A stretch of DNA of 64,000 nucleotides from positions 26,122 to 90,121 of the forward strand of contig CALVUD010000007.1 in the NCBI GenBank assembly GCA_944363505.1, given 5' to 3'. Under the pieces are notes generated by a model. That model was not told the DNA's origin and made no database searches. It worked only from the letters and a program-made list of their open reading frames with translations. Shown piece after piece: positions 16,978 through 27,540 of this stretch. Source of the DNA: an uncultured Clostridia bacterium. Its GTDB lineage: Bacteria; Bacillota; Clostridia; Christensenellales; DTU072. Numbering within the stretch: the stretch's first letter is position 1; every line of letters begins with the position of its first letter. Position numbers and translations under genes: made by a program.

Positions 16978-18579
16978 CTAAAAATCGATGTTTTTGATGA
17001 CGTCGCCCAACAGCTTGAAAACAAGATTGGCAAACACCGTTGACGCGAACGTATCCGTTCCGACCTCCAGCCTGCCGTCCGAGTTGAGTCGGGTAACGTA
17101 ATCTGCGTAGGCGGATATCCTCGCTCTGTCTTCGGCACAGAGGCTCTCGATGTCCGATACGCTTTTGACCGCGGCGAAATCGCGCGCTATTTCCTCCGCG
17201 CCCGTAATAAGCGCCTCGAGCTGTTCCGCGGTAACTTCGGAGCTTGTCTGTTCCAATTCCGCGAACCTTTCGAACACCCTTTCGAAAGCCTCCGCCGCTT
17301 TATGCGCGTCGTTCAGCTCGCTTTCGGCATATCCGCGTTCGAACCCTTTGGCGGCGCAACGCGCGGAAAGCACCGTGAACAGATCCTTATACGCCGCGCG
17401 TTCGGACTCCGTATCGGCGGCGGAAGCGTAATACAGCGCGTCGAACACGGGCGTGTCGGTCGCGAGCAAGGCTTCTGTCAGGGAATACAGCGCGAATCGC
17501 GCCACCCCGTCGGTTTCGCGGAGTACGGCGTTCAGCGCTTCGACGGAAGCGAGTTCGTCCGTATTTATACCCTGATCCTGAAGGTACTGCATCATTTCGT
17601 CGTCGAACTGCGTTCCCGTCAGGCCGAATGCGGTCAATAACGTTTCGGCGCCGGTTTTGGCGATCGCGTCGTTTAAAAGCGTACCCAGCTCGTAAGCGAG
17701 CGCCGCCGTGGCGCGCGCTTCTATCAGACTGCCGTTGCCCGAGCCGAGTCCGCCGAGGCTTTCCGAAAGAGCCGCCGCCGAAACGACGATATTCGAAAAA
17801 CGCGTCCTTCCGAGCGAGGCTACCGTTTCCTTGCCCTCCTCGTCCTGGAACATATAGATTATCTGGTATATGATACGCGCGCTTTCCTCCGAGGTCAGCA
17901 GCGTCGCCGCGACGTATTCGGTATAGGACGCCGTGAAATCTATTTCCGACGCACGCGCGGCGAGAGTCGCGGGGGACGCGTATGCCAGCAGATACTTTTT
18001 CTCTACGGTTCCGCCTTTGCAGTCGGGACATATACCCTCCTCGGCTATCTCCGAAGAATTGAGTATCTTCTCGCAAGCGGGACAATACACCGCATACGCG
18101 ATCGCGCCCGAAGCGCCCTCGTAATACTCCTTGAATTCCAAGAAGAACAGCATCAGATCCTGTTCCGCGCCGTGAACTTCGCTAAAAGAATAATCCGCAA
18201 GTTTTTTGCCGAGATTTATCAGTTTTTCGGAAGGGATGCCCGCCTCGGAATAAAGCTTTATGACGGGATCGGAAACGGCGGAAGAATTAGATACGCTGAA
18301 CGGAGGATTTTCCTCGTCGAACTCGTAATCGGGGAAAGCGATACGGAAAAATCCGGAAATCACCGTTACGAGGAATTTGCTCATATACGACTTGAACTCT
18401 TTTTCGGCCTCCAAAGAATATCTGACGGCGCCGTCGTATGTAAAAGATTCCCCGTCTATGACGCCGTCGGCGCCGTCGTCGCGGGGAAGGGCGAGTATAA
18501 CTGTAGCCGCTATCAACGCCGCTATCAACAGCGCCGCCACCACGGACAGCAATATTCCTCCGAGCTTCCTTTTTTCCAT
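16978..18579 (-). CDS. hypothetical membrane-anchored protein with an internal CxxC...CxxC zinc-ribbon
   Basis: 533-aa ORF with an N-terminal TM helix (ILLSVVAALLIAALIAATVILAL), the motif CPACEKILNSSEIAEEGICPDCKG and an Ala/Glu-rich helical remainder. It is the first gene of the ABC operon. I recognise no family. Confidence 0.6.
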   Translation of the reverse strand: MEKRKLGGILLSVVAALLIAALIAATVILALPRDDGADGVIDGESFTYDGAVRYSLEAEKEFKSYMSKFLVTVISGFFRIAFPDYEFDEENPPFSVSNSSAVSDPVIKLYSEAGIPSEKLINLGKKLADYSFSEVHGAEQDLMLFFLEFKEYYEGASGAIAYAVYCPACEKILNSSEIAEEGICPDCKGGTVEKKYLLAYASPATLAARASEIDFTASYTEYVAATLLTSEESARIIYQIIYMFQDEEGKETVASLGRTRFSNIVVSAAALSESLGGLGSGNGSLIEARATAALAYELGTLLNDAIAKTGAETLLTAFGLTGTQFDDEMMQYLQDQGINTDELASVEALNAVLRETDGVARFALYSLTEALLATDTPVFDALYYASAADTESERAAYKDLFTVLSARCAAKGFERGYAESELNDAHKAAEAFERVFERFAELEQTSSEVTAEQLEALITGAEEIARDFAAVKSVSDIESLCAEDRARISAYADYVTRLNSDGRLEVGTDTFASTVFANLVFKLLGDVIKNIDF

Positions 18580-18745
18580 ACGCGCACATTATATCATACC
18601 CGCCCGAACAAATACAATAGTCCTATTGTGTTCGTATTGTGAACGCGCGTGCGTTTTAAACGGAAAAATAGAGGCATTCTGTTGCGAAGATACAAAAATT
18701 GTGCTAATATTGGTGAAGTAATATAAAAACGGCGAGGAAATTGAA

Positions 18746-21154
18746 ATGTCCGAAAAATACGATTTCAACAAAGTTGAGAAAAAATGGCAGGATTATTGGT
18801 ATTCCAACCACATTTTCGAAGTAAAAGAAGACCCCTCTAAACCCAAATTTTACGCGCTGATAGAATTTCCGTACCCCTCGGGCGCGGGATTGCACGTCGG
18901 TCATATACGCGCGTTTTCGTCGATGGAAGTCATCGCGCGCAAAAAAAGACTCGAAGGCTATAACGTACTTTTCCCGATAGGTTACGACGCGTTCGGACTG
19001 CCTACCGAAAACTACGCCATGGCGACCAAACAGCACCCGCGCAAGGTTACCGACGAAAACATCGCCAAATTCACCGGACAGTTAAAAGAGGTCGGCTACA
19101 GCTTCGACTGGTCCAGGGTCGTCGACACCACCGACCCCGACTATTACAAGTGGACGCAATGGATATTCCTGCAGCTGTTCAAGAAAGGTCTGGCGTACAA
19201 AGCCACCACCACCGTCAATTTCTGCCCCAAGTGCAAAGTAGTTCTCGCCAACGAGGAAAGCCAGGGCGGAGTGTGCGACCGCTGCGGTTCCGAAGTCGTA
19301 CAGAAAGAAAAAGACGTTTGGTTCTTGAGGATCAGAAATTATGCCGAACGCCTGCTGAAGGGTTTGGAAAAAGTCAATTTCCCCGAAAGGATAAAGACCG
19401 AGCAACAAAACTGGATCGGCCGCTCCGAGGGCGCGGACGTTACTTTCACGGTCAGATTCGACGGCGGAGAATATCCTCTCGTCGTATACACTACCCGTCC
19501 CGACACCATTTTCGGCGCGACTTTTTTGGTCGTATCCCCCGAACACCCCCTGCTGAAAGAGCATTTCGACAAGGTCGTGAACAAGGCGGAGATCGAGGAG
19601 TATCAGCGCCAGGCAAAGCTGAAAAAAGAGTTCGACCGCATCCAGGTCAACAAGGATAAGACGGGTATAAAAGTCGAAGGAATGTATGCCGTAAATCCGA
19701 TAACGGGAACCGAAATTCCGGTTTTCACGGCGGATTACGTTATGATGGATTACGGCACGGGCGCCATCATGGCGGTCCCCGCGCACGATCAGCGCGACTG
19801 GGATTTCGCCAAAAAATTCTCCCTGCCCATTATCGAGGTCATCAAGTCCGACGTCGACGTTCAACAGGAACCGTACTGCGCAAAGGAAGGCGCGGGCGTC
19901 ATGGTCAATTCCGACTTTCTGAACGGACTGAAAGTCAAGCCCGCGATAAAGAAGATGATCGAGTATATGGAAGCGAAAGGCGTCGGCAAAGCCAAGGTCG
20001 ACTATAAAATGAAGGACTGGGCTTTCAACCGTCAGCGTTACTGGGGCGAGCCGATACCGATAATCAACTGCCCGCATTGCGGACAGGTGCCCGTACCCGA
20101 AAACGAACTGCCGCTGAGGCTTCCCGATCTTAAGGATTTCACCCCCACCGACGACGGCACTTCTCCCCTTTCCAAATGCACCGACTGGGTAAACACCGTT
20201 TGCCCGGTATGCGGCGCGCCCGCAAAGCGCGAGACCGACACCATGCCGCAGTGGGCGGGTTCCAGCTGGTATTTCCTGCGTTACGAATCCCCCCGCGATC
20301 CCGATCACGCCGTCAATCCCGACGCCAACCGCTACTGGGGACAGGTTGACTGGTATAACGGCGGAATGGAACACGTTACGAGGCACCTGATCTATTCGCG
20401 TTTCTGGAATCAGTTCCTCTACGACATCGGAGTCGTCAAGGACGAAGAACCGTATATCAGGCGTTCCGCGCAGGGACTTATCCTCGGCTCCGACGGCGAA
20501 AAGATGTCCAAATCGCGCGGCAACGTCGTAAACCCCGACGACGTCGTAAAACAATACGGCGCCGACGTACTCAGATTATTCATACTGTTTATAGGCGATT
20601 ACGAAAAGCCCGCACCCTGGTCCCAGGAAGGCATCAAGGGCTGCAACCGTTTCCGTCAAAGGTTCTGGGGACTGGTCGATATGGTTTCCGACAAGGCGGA
20701 TACCTCCGACCTCAACCTCGACGCGCTGATAAAGAAAGTGGGCGACGACTACGAAGCGTGCAAATTCAATACCGCCATCGCGCAGATAATGACGGCTCTG
20801 AATACGGTATACGCGCGCGGTTCCCTCACCAAAAAGGAATTCAACACGCTGTGCCTGTTGCTGTATCCCGTCGCTCCGCACATCACTTCGGAGATGTACG
20901 AAAGATTAAACGGCGGCGCGAAGATCGACCGCGCTTCTTTCCCGACCTACGATCCCGCGAAACTCACCGCGGATACCGTAGAGATCCCCGTTCAGCTGAT
21001 GGGTAAACTGCGCGGCAGAGTTACCGTCGCCGCTGGAGCGACCGAAGCCGACGTGCTGGCGGCGGCAAAGGAAGCGGGACTTATCGGGGATCAGGAGATC
21101 GTCAAGACGATATACGTTCCCGACAAGATCCTGAACGTCGTGGTCCGCCGTTAA
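18746..21154 (+). CDS. leuS: leucine--tRNA ligase
   Basis: 802 aa. HIGH (GLHVGHIRAF), KMSKS (GEKMSKSRGN) and CP1 editing-domain pattern. Confidence 0.97.
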   Translation: MSEKYDFNKVEKKWQDYWYSNHIFEVKEDPSKPKFYALIEFPYPSGAGLHVGHIRAFSSMEVIARKKRLEGYNVLFPIGYDAFGLPTENYAMATKQHPRKVTDENIAKFTGQLKEVGYSFDWSRVVDTTDPDYYKWTQWIFLQLFKKGLAYKATTTVNFCPKCKVVLANEESQGGVCDRCGSEVVQKEKDVWFLRIRNYAERLLKGLEKVNFPERIKTEQQNWIGRSEGADVTFTVRFDGGEYPLVVYTTRPDTIFGATFLVVSPEHPLLKEHFDKVVNKAEIEEYQRQAKLKKEFDRIQVNKDKTGIKVEGMYAVNPITGTEIPVFTADYVMMDYGTGAIMAVPAHDQRDWDFAKKFSLPIIEVIKSDVDVQQEPYCAKEGAGVMVNSDFLNGLKVKPAIKKMIEYMEAKGVGKAKVDYKMKDWAFNRQRYWGEPIPIINCPHCGQVPVPENELPLRLPDLKDFTPTDDGTSPLSKCTDWVNTVCPVCGAPAKRETDTMPQWAGSSWYFLRYESPRDPDHAVNPDANRYWGQVDWYNGGMEHVTRHLIYSRFWNQFLYDIGVVKDEEPYIRRSAQGLILGSDGEKMSKSRGNVVNPDDVVKQYGADVLRLFILFIGDYEKPAPWSQEGIKGCNRFRQRFWGLVDMVSDKADTSDLNLDALIKKVGDDYEACKFNTAIAQIMTALNTVYARGSLTKKEFNTLCLLLYPVAPHITSEMYERLNGGAKIDRASFPTYDPAKLTADTVEIPVQLMGKLRGRVTVAAGATEADVLAAAKEAGLIGDQEIVKTIYVPDKILNVVVRR

Positions 21155-21201
21155 AAAAACGGGATTTTACATCAATAAAATACCGAAATGCTTTCAAACA
21201 G

Positions 21202-21230
21202 TTGCAAAACGGCGTTGAAACCATTAAAAT
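21202..21230 (+). promoter_or_regulatory. candidate gap promoter
   Basis: TTGCAA (21202-21207), 17-nt spacer, TAAAAT (21225-21230). SD GGAGG lies before ATG 21274. Confidence 0.55.
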
Positions 21231-21273
21231 AAACTTAATAAATAAAAATTAACTCTATGGAGGTTAAATCTAT

Positions 21274-22326
21274 ATGGCACAAAACGTAAGAGTGGCAATC
21301 AACGGATTCGGCAGAATAGGCCGTTTGGCGTTCAGACAAATGTTCGGCGCGAAGGGCTATGAAATCGTAGCTATCAACGACCTGACCAGCCCCAAAATGC
21401 TTGCTCATCTTCTGAAGTACGATTCGACTCAGGGCAACTATGCCAATTCCCACGCGGTCAGCTTCCGCGAAGCCGAGCTTAACGAGGATGGCAGCATCAA
21501 AAAGGACGGCGCCATCATCGTGGACGGCAAAGAGATCACCATCTATGCCAAACCCAAGGCCGCAGAGCTTCCCTGGGGAGAGCTGAAGGTTGACGTCGTT
21601 CTGGAATGCACCGGATTCTATACTTCCAAAGCGAAGGCTCAGGCTCACATCGACGCGGGCGCCAGAAAAGTCGTTATCTCCGCTCCCGCCGGCAACGACC
21701 TGCCCACTATCGTATACAACGTAAACCACACCACGCTGAAGGCTGAGGACACCATCATCTCCGCGGCTTCCTGCACCACCAACTGCCTCGCCCCCATGGC
21801 CAAGGCGCTGAACGATTTCGCCCCCATCAAATCGGGCATCATGACCACCGTTCACGCTTACACCGGCGACCAGATGCCTCTGGACGGACCGCAAAGAAAA
21901 GGCGATCTGCGCCGCAGCAGAGCTTGCGCTCTCAACATCGTTCCTAACTCCACCGGCGCGGCGAAAGCCATCGGTCTCGTTATCCCCGAACTCAGCGGCA
22001 AGCTGATCGGCGGCGCTCAGAGAGTTCCCACCCCCACCGGCTCCACCACCATCCTCGACGCCGTTGTCGAAGGCTCCGTCACCAAGGAAGCCATCAACGC
22101 GGCAATGAAAGCGGCGGCTACCGAGTCCTATGCTTACAACGAGGACGAGATCGTTTCCTCCGACATCATCGGCAGCACCTACGGCTCGATCTTCGACGCG
22201 ACCCAGACCAAGGTCATCGCCATGGGCGACACCTCTTTGGTACAGGTCGTCAGCTGGTACGACAACGAGAACTCCTACACCAGCCAGATGGTAAGGACTA
22301 TCAAATACTTCTCCGAGCTGAAATAA
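21274..22326 (+). CDS. gap: type I glyceraldehyde-3-phosphate dehydrogenase
   Basis: 350 aa. NGFGRIGR and the catalytic motif [10 protein letters not shown]. Confidence 0.95.
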   Translation: MAQNVRVAINGFGRIGRLAFRQMFGAKGYEIVAINDLTSPKMLAHLLKYDSTQGNYANSHAVSFREAELNEDGSIKKDGAIIVDGKEITIYAKPKAAELPWGELKVDVVLECTGFYTSKAKAQAHIDAGARKVVISAPAGNDLPTIVYNVNHTTLKAEDTIISAASCTTNCLAPMAKALNDFAPIKSGIMTTVHAYTGDQMPLDGPQRKGDLRRSRACALNIVPNSTGAAKAIGLVIPELSGKLIGGAQRVPTPTGSTTILDAVVEGSVTKEAINAAMKAAATESYAYNEDEIVSSDIIGSTYGSIFDATQTKVIAMGDTSLVQVVSWYDNENSYTSQMVRTIKYFSELK

Positions 22327-22342
22327 TTAAAATTCAACGGTT

Positions 22343-22376
22343 AAAAAAAGTCCGAGATTTTTCTCGGACTTTTTTA
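22343..22376 (+). terminator. gap terminator
   Basis: AAAAAAAGTCCGAGA-TTTT-TCTCGGACTTTTTT. Confidence 0.8.
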
Positions 22377-22505
22377 ATACCCTTTTTTCGATATACTTTT
22401 CAGACGCCGTTTCAAAATCGCCTGCGCTCCGATAAAGCTTTATCCGATAATCCATATTAAAAGCTTCTTTTACGGCATTAGGCGGTCGACCGTTTCGCTT
22501 ACCGC

Positions 22506-23594
22506 TCACTTTGCTCGGGCAAAAGGATAGTTCGGATCCGGCTGCCATAAAACGATCAGTTCATCTGTGTCAAGATAAAATTTCAAATCGTCAAATTTTA
22601 ACATATAGTCGAAATTTATCTCATATTTACGGCTTTTTACAAAAAGCGCAAAGTATCCGTTATACTTCCCCAAATTTCCGCAGACGTATAACGAAATATT
22701 TTTTAAGCTCTCGGTATTTTCTCTGTCGATCGGCATCCTGTCGCCGAGCGGAGAAAAAATGTAATCGTAGAACGCTTCTATGGCAATGCTTTCGGAATAA
22801 TCGCCGGAAGCGTCGGGGTCTGTCAAAGACGGTACGAAATCTTCCGATATGTTCGAAACATCTCCGCGGAAATCGCATTCGTTGGCATAGTAGGCGATAT
22901 TTTTCAGATCCTCCATGCCCAATTCGCCTTGCTCGAAAGATTCCTTAAGCGCATATATGCGACCGTTCGTAACATAGTTTAAAATAGGAGTTTCGCTGCC
23001 CGAAAGATATTGCTTGGTGAGTTCGATCAAATATAGATAAGTTTGTCTGTATTCGCTATTAAACATATCGTCGGGGCGTAAAAGCGTGATAACGACGTTC
23101 TCGTTTTCGACTTCGATATCTTTAATGTTCATGTAAGAATAAGGCTTATCGAACATAAACAGCAAAAGAAGCGAATGTTCTTCAAAATAAGAATCGTTGT
23201 AGCTTCTGATCTTCTCTCCCAGCTCACTCTGATAAAGGCTGTCCTCTTCATCGAAAAAAGGATACCCTTCTCTATAGGAAAGAGCTTTCAGATCTGAGGA
23301 CGAGCCGACTATTTCCGTAAGGTCTGCTTCGCTGCCTTGCTCTTTAACGGCGTCCCCGAAAGGAAAAGATTGCATATTATATGAAAAATCAAAGTCGTTT
23401 CCGGCATTGTACCAGAATTTTTCGCGGTAACCGAAATAATACAAGCGCGGCTCGGGTTCACTGGTGTCGCAGTTTTTTAAGAAAGAAAAAACCACTATCC
23501 AAAACACCAAAAGCAGAAGAATGACCACGGCTAAAAATATTCTTTTAAACAGCTTTACCCCATATATCTTACCCACCTGAAGCTTTAACGTCAA
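22506..23594 (-). CDS. hypothetical membrane-anchored protein (AT-rich orphan)
   Basis: 362-aa ORF with an N-terminal TM helix (IFLAVVILLLLVFWIVVFSFL) and an acidic, Tyr/Phe-rich ectodomain. I recognise no family. The start is uncertain: TTG at 23594 or an in-frame GTG 18 nt downstream, neither with a clear SD. Confidence 0.55.
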   Translation of the reverse strand: MTLKLQVGKIYGVKLFKRIFLAVVILLLLVFWIVVFSFLKNCDTSEPEPRLYYFGYREKFWYNAGNDFDFSYNMQSFPFGDAVKEQGSEADLTEIVGSSSDLKALSYREGYPFFDEEDSLYQSELGEKIRSYNDSYFEEHSLLLLFMFDKPYSYMNIKDIEVENENVVITLLRPDDMFNSEYRQTYLYLIELTKQYLSGSETPILNYVTNGRIYALKESFEQGELGMEDLKNIAYYANECDFRGDVSNISEDFVPSLTDPDASGDYSESIAIEAFYDYIFSPLGDRMPIDRENTESLKNISLYVCGNLGKYNGYFALFVKSRKYEINFDYMLKFDDLKFYLDTDELIVLWQPDPNYPFARAK

Positions 23595-23716
23595 CGCTTA
23601 CATATCGGTTAGTTAGACCTGTCAGGAAATCTTTCACGATTTAATTATATGTCGCGATCCGAGATGTGTCAACACCCTTTCTTCGCCTACGCCTACCGCC
23701 TACCCCGTTTTCCGAT

Positions 23717-23750
23717 AAAAAATATCCGACTTTCGGTCGGATATTTTTTA
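23717..23750 (-). terminator. gpmI terminator (bidirectional form)
   Basis: AAAAATATCCGAC-TTTCG-GTCGGATATTTTTT, about 20 nt downstream of the gpmI stop. Confidence 0.8.
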
Positions 23751-23768
23751 TCGGAAATTGTTCAGATT

Positions 23769-25346
23769 TCAGCCTTCGATAAGGCTCGGTTCCCAGCAGT
23801 CCATGGGCTTCAATCCCAACAGCTCGACTACCGTCGCCGCGACGTTGGCAAGCCCGACTTTTCCTTCCGCGGTCAGTTTTTTGACGTCGGAATTGTAGAT
23901 TATGAACGGAACGGGGTTCAGACTGTGCGCGGTGCGCGGTTGCAAAACGCCCTTTTTGTTCTTCTCAAGCATCTGATCGGCGTTGCCGTGGTCGGCGGTT
24001 ATCACGAGGGTATAACCCGTTTCGTCGACTACGGGGAGGATCCTCGCAAGCGCGAGATCCACCGCTTCCACGCCTATCACCGTGGCGTCCATGTTTCCGG
24101 TATGTCCGACCATGTCGCCGTTGGGGTAATTAAGGCGTATGAATCCGAATTCGCCCGAACGCATTTCCTCGATGACCCTGTCGGTGATCTCGGCGGACTT
24201 CATCCACGGTCTTTCGTCGAACGACACGCGGTCGGAGGGTATCTCCTCGTAGACCTCCATCGTTTCGCTGAACTTTTCGGAACGGTTTCCGTTCCAGAAA
24301 TATGTAACGTGCCCGTATTTTTGAGTCTCGCTGAGAGCGTACTGCTTTACTCCGTGCTTTACCAGAAATTCTCCGAGCGTGTTTTTGATGCAGGGAGGCT
24401 CGACGAGGAAGAGTTTGGGAAGTTTCAGGTCCCCGTCGTACTGGAGCATGCCCGCGAATTTGACCGAAGGGGTAACTCCCCTGTCGAAAGCGTCGAAATC
24501 GGCGAGGTCGAAAGCTTCGCTGATCTCTATGGCGCGGTCGCCGCGGAAATTGAACAGTATGACGGAATCGCCGTCCTCTATTTTACCTACGGGCTGTCCG
24601 TTCTCGGTAACGACGAACGCGGGAAGATCCTGGTCTATGACGCCCTCGTTTTCGGCGCGGTAAGTTTCGATCGCCGCTTTTGCCGAGGGGAACGCCCTGC
24701 CGGAGCCGTGAACGTGAACTTCCCAGCCCGCCTTGACCATGTCCCAGTTGGCGCGGTAACGGTCCATCGTGATTTTCATTCTGCCGCCGCCGGAGGCGAT
24801 CTTTGCGTCGAAAGAGGCGTCGTTAAGCTCCGAAAGCTTGTTTTCGAGCATGTCGACGTAGGTCAGCGCCGAAGTCGCGGGAACGTCCCTGCCGTCCAGA
24901 AGAATATGTACTCTCGCGCGCTTTACGCCCTCTTTCTTGGATTCTTCCAGCATGCTGAGAAGGTGCGAGATATTGGAGTGGACGTTGCCGTCGGAGAGCA
25001 GACCGATAAAATGAAGCGTTCCGCCCTTAAGGCAGTTCGATTTCAGCTCCTCCCATGCCTTGGAGCGGTATATCGCGCCCGAAGCTATAGATTCGTTGAC
25101 CAGTTTTGCGCCCTGCGAATAGATCTGTCCGCATCCGAGAGCGTTGTGCCCGACCTCGGAGTTTCCCATATCTTCGTCGGAGGGAAGCCCCACCGCTTCG
25201 CCGTGCGCCCTGAGGTATGTATGCGGGCACTCCTTCAGGAGCTTGTCCAGCGTGGGAGTGCGCGCTTCGCCTACGGCGTCGCCGATACCGTTTGCGGATC
25301 TGCCGACGCCGTCCATTACGATCAATACGACTTTTTTATCGCTCAT
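23769..25346 (-). CDS. gpmI: 2,3-bisphosphoglycerate-independent phosphoglycerate mutase
   Basis: 525 aa. VVLIVMDGVG and ITADHGNA motifs. Confidence 0.95.
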   Translation of the reverse strand: MSDKKVVLIVMDGVGRSANGIGDAVGEARTPTLDKLLKECPHTYLRAHGEAVGLPSDEDMGNSEVGHNALGCGQIYSQGAKLVNESIASGAIYRSKAWEELKSNCLKGGTLHFIGLLSDGNVHSNISHLLSMLEESKKEGVKRARVHILLDGRDVPATSALTYVDMLENKLSELNDASFDAKIASGGGRMKITMDRYRANWDMVKAGWEVHVHGSGRAFPSAKAAIETYRAENEGVIDQDLPAFVVTENGQPVGKIEDGDSVILFNFRGDRAIEISEAFDLADFDAFDRGVTPSVKFAGMLQYDGDLKLPKLFLVEPPCIKNTLGEFLVKHGVKQYALSETQKYGHVTYFWNGNRSEKFSETMEVYEEIPSDRVSFDERPWMKSAEITDRVIEEMRSGEFGFIRLNYPNGDMVGHTGNMDATVIGVEAVDLALARILPVVDETGYTLVITADHGNADQMLEKNKKGVLQPRTAHSLNPVPFIIYNSDVKKLTAEGKVGLANVAATVVELLGLKPMDCWEPSLIEG

Positions 25347-25353
25347 ATGCGGA

Positions 25354-26100
25354 TTAATAGTTGACTACCTTCGCGAAATCCTCCGCTTTCAGGGAAGCGC
25401 CGCCGATAAGTCCGCCGTCGATCTCGGGCATAGCCATGAGTTCGGAAGCATTCTTCGCGTTCATGGAGCCGCCGTACTGGATGCGCATGGCTTTCGCCGC
25501 GGTCCTGTCATAAAGCTTTCTGAGTCCTTTGCGGATGACGCGGATGGTCGCGTTGGCTTCCTCGGCGGTAGCCGTCTTGCCGGTACCGATAGCCCATACG
25601 GGTTCGTAAGCGATGACGATCCTCTTCAGCTGGTTCTTCTCGATACCTTCGAGAGCGCCCACGAGCTGTCCGATAACGACGTCCTTGGTCTGTCCCGCTT
25701 CACGCTGTTCGAGGGTCTCGCCTATGCAGACGATGGCTTTGAGTCCCGCCGCGAGCGCGGCTTTCAGCCTGGCGTTGACGGATTCGTCGGTCTCGCCGAA
25801 ATACTGACGGCGTTCGCTGTGTCCGATGATGACATAACGGACTTTCAGTTCTTTCAACATATCGGCGGAGATTTCGCCGGTGAACGCGCCCTTGGGTGCC
25901 CAGTGTACGTTCTGAGCGCCGAGTTTTATTTTGGTGCCGCGGATGGCTTTGCGCGCGGTGTCGATGCTGGTGAAAGGCACGCAGACTACTACTTCGCACT
26001 TGGCGTCCTTGACCAAAGGTCCTATCGCTTCCAATAAAGCCTTGGTCTCGGCGTTGTTCATGTTCATTTTCCAGTTACCTGCGATAATGGGTCTTTTCAT
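25354..26100 (-). CDS. tpiA: triose-phosphate isomerase
   Basis: 248 aa. IAGNWKMN and [11 protein letters not shown] motifs. Confidence 0.95.
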   Translation of the reverse strand: MKRPIIAGNWKMNMNNAETKALLEAIGPLVKDAKCEVVVCVPFTSIDTARKAIRGTKIKLGAQNVHWAPKGAFTGEISADMLKELKVRYVIIGHSERRQYFGETDESVNARLKAALAAGLKAIVCIGETLEQREAGQTKDVVIGQLVGALEGIEKNQLKRIVIAYEPVWAIGTGKTATAEEANATIRVIRKGLRKLYDRTAAKAMRIQYGGSMNAKNASELMAMPEIDGGLIGGASLKAEDFAKVVNY

Positions 26101-26151
26101 TTCGGTTTCTCCTTTATGATCTCTTCGGCACGTTGCCGTGCGATTGATTGA

Positions 26152-27426
26152 TTATTGTTTGTCGTCCAGACAAGCCACACCGGGCAGAACCAGGCCTTCG
26201 AGGAACTCCAGCGAAGCGCCGCCGCCCGTGGAAATGTGGGTCATCTTGTCGGCGTATCCCAGCTGCTTTACCGCCGCCGCAGAATCTCCGCCGCCGATAA
26301 TGGTGGTCGCCGAAGTGTTGGCGAGAGCTTCCGCCACCGCCATGGTGCCCTTTGCGAGGGTCGGATTTTCGAACACGCCCATTGGTCCGTTCCATATAAC
26401 GGTCTTGGCGTTCTTGACGGCGTCGGCATAAAGCTTTTGAGTCTTTTCGCCGATATCCAGTCCCATCATGTCGTCGGGAATGGCATTGGAGGGTACGGTC
26501 TTGACTTCGATCGCTCCGTCAATGGGATCGGGGAACGCCGCGGCTACCACGGTGTCGACGGGGAGCAGCATTTCCACGCCCTTGTCGGCGGCTTTTTTGA
26601 TAAGCTCCGCGGCAAGATCGACTTTGTCCAGTTCGCAAAGGCTGGTTCCCACGCCGTAACCTTTCGCTTTAAAGAAAGTATACGCCATGGCGCCGCCGAT
26701 GATCAGAGTGTCCACCTTTTCGAGGAGGTTGTTGATGACGCCGATCTTATCGGAAACCTTGGCGCCGCCCAGAATGGCGACGAAGGGGCGCACGGGGCTT
26801 TCGAGCGCGCCGCCCATGACCTCGAGTTCCTTCTCGATCAGGAAGCCCGCAACCGCGGCTTCGCAAAGTCCGTACTGCGCGATACCCGCCGTGGAAGCGT
26901 GCGCGCGGTGAGCCGTTCCGAAAGCGTCGTTGACGTAGACGTCGCAGAACTCAGCGAGCGCTTTGCAGAAGTTCTCGTCGTTCTTGGTCTCCTCGGAATG
27001 GAAGCGGAGATTTTCGAGCAATACGACGTCGCCGTCTTTCATGTTTGCTACAGCCGCCTTTGCCGCGGGTCCTATTACGTCCTCGGCAAAAGTTACTTTG
27101 CCGCCCAGAAGTTCGTTCAGCCTCGCCGCAACGGGACGGAGCGAGCACTTCTTGAGCGTCTTCTGAACCAGCTCTTCACGGCTTAAGCCCTCGTCCTCGG
27201 GCTTGATCTTTTTGATGGTGTCGTTGAAAATATTGTAAGGTCTGCCCAGGTGAGAGCAAAGGATGACCTTCGCGCCATGTTCCATCAGATATTTAATGGT
27301 GGGCAGCGCGCCGTTGATACGGTTTTCGTCGGTGATGACGCCGTTTTTCATCGGAACGTTCAGATCGACGCGTACCAGGCATTTTTTACCTTTGACGTTA
27401 ACGTCTTTTATCGTTTTCTTGTTCAT
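26152..27426 (-). CDS. pgk: phosphoglycerate kinase (with a lineage-specific insertion after SHLGRP)
   Basis: 424 aa. [17 protein letters not shown] and GGGDSAAAV motifs. Confidence 0.95.
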   Translation of the reverse strand: MNKKTIKDVNVKGKKCLVRVDLNVPMKNGVITDENRINGALPTIKYLMEHGAKVILCSHLGRPYNIFNDTIKKIKPEDEGLSREELVQKTLKKCSLRPVAARLNELLGGKVTFAEDVIGPAAKAAVANMKDGDVVLLENLRFHSEETKNDENFCKALAEFCDVYVNDAFGTAHRAHASTAGIAQYGLCEAAVAGFLIEKELEVMGGALESPVRPFVAILGGAKVSDKIGVINNLLEKVDTLIIGGAMAYTFFKAKGYGVGTSLCELDKVDLAAELIKKAADKGVEMLLPVDTVVAAAFPDPIDGAIEVKTVPSNAIPDDMMGLDIGEKTQKLYADAVKNAKTVIWNGPMGVFENPTLAKGTMAVAEALANTSATTIIGGGDSAAAVKQLGYADKMTHISTGGGASLEFLEGLVLPGVACLDDKQ

Positions 27427-27540
27427 AAATTGCTCCTTGTAGAGAGATTTTTATCTTTATCCATTATATCACCTATGTGCGCGAACGGCAATAGATTTTA
27501 TAAGTTTTTCCTTAAAACTTCGAAAAATACCTTTTTTCCG

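Noticed and set aside
22327-22548. A 73-aa minus-strand ORF between gap and the AT-rich orphan gene.
   Set aside because: It overlaps the 3' end of the 362-aa gene and reads through the gap terminator hairpin. It has no SD and no recognisable features.
27427-27540. A structured leader RNA upstream of pgk, and riboswitches upstream of luxS, the Na/Pi transporter and ilvE.
   Set aside because: The intergenic spaces are too short (51-114 nt). They contain only promoter-like and SD elements, with no conserved riboswitch cores that I can recognise.
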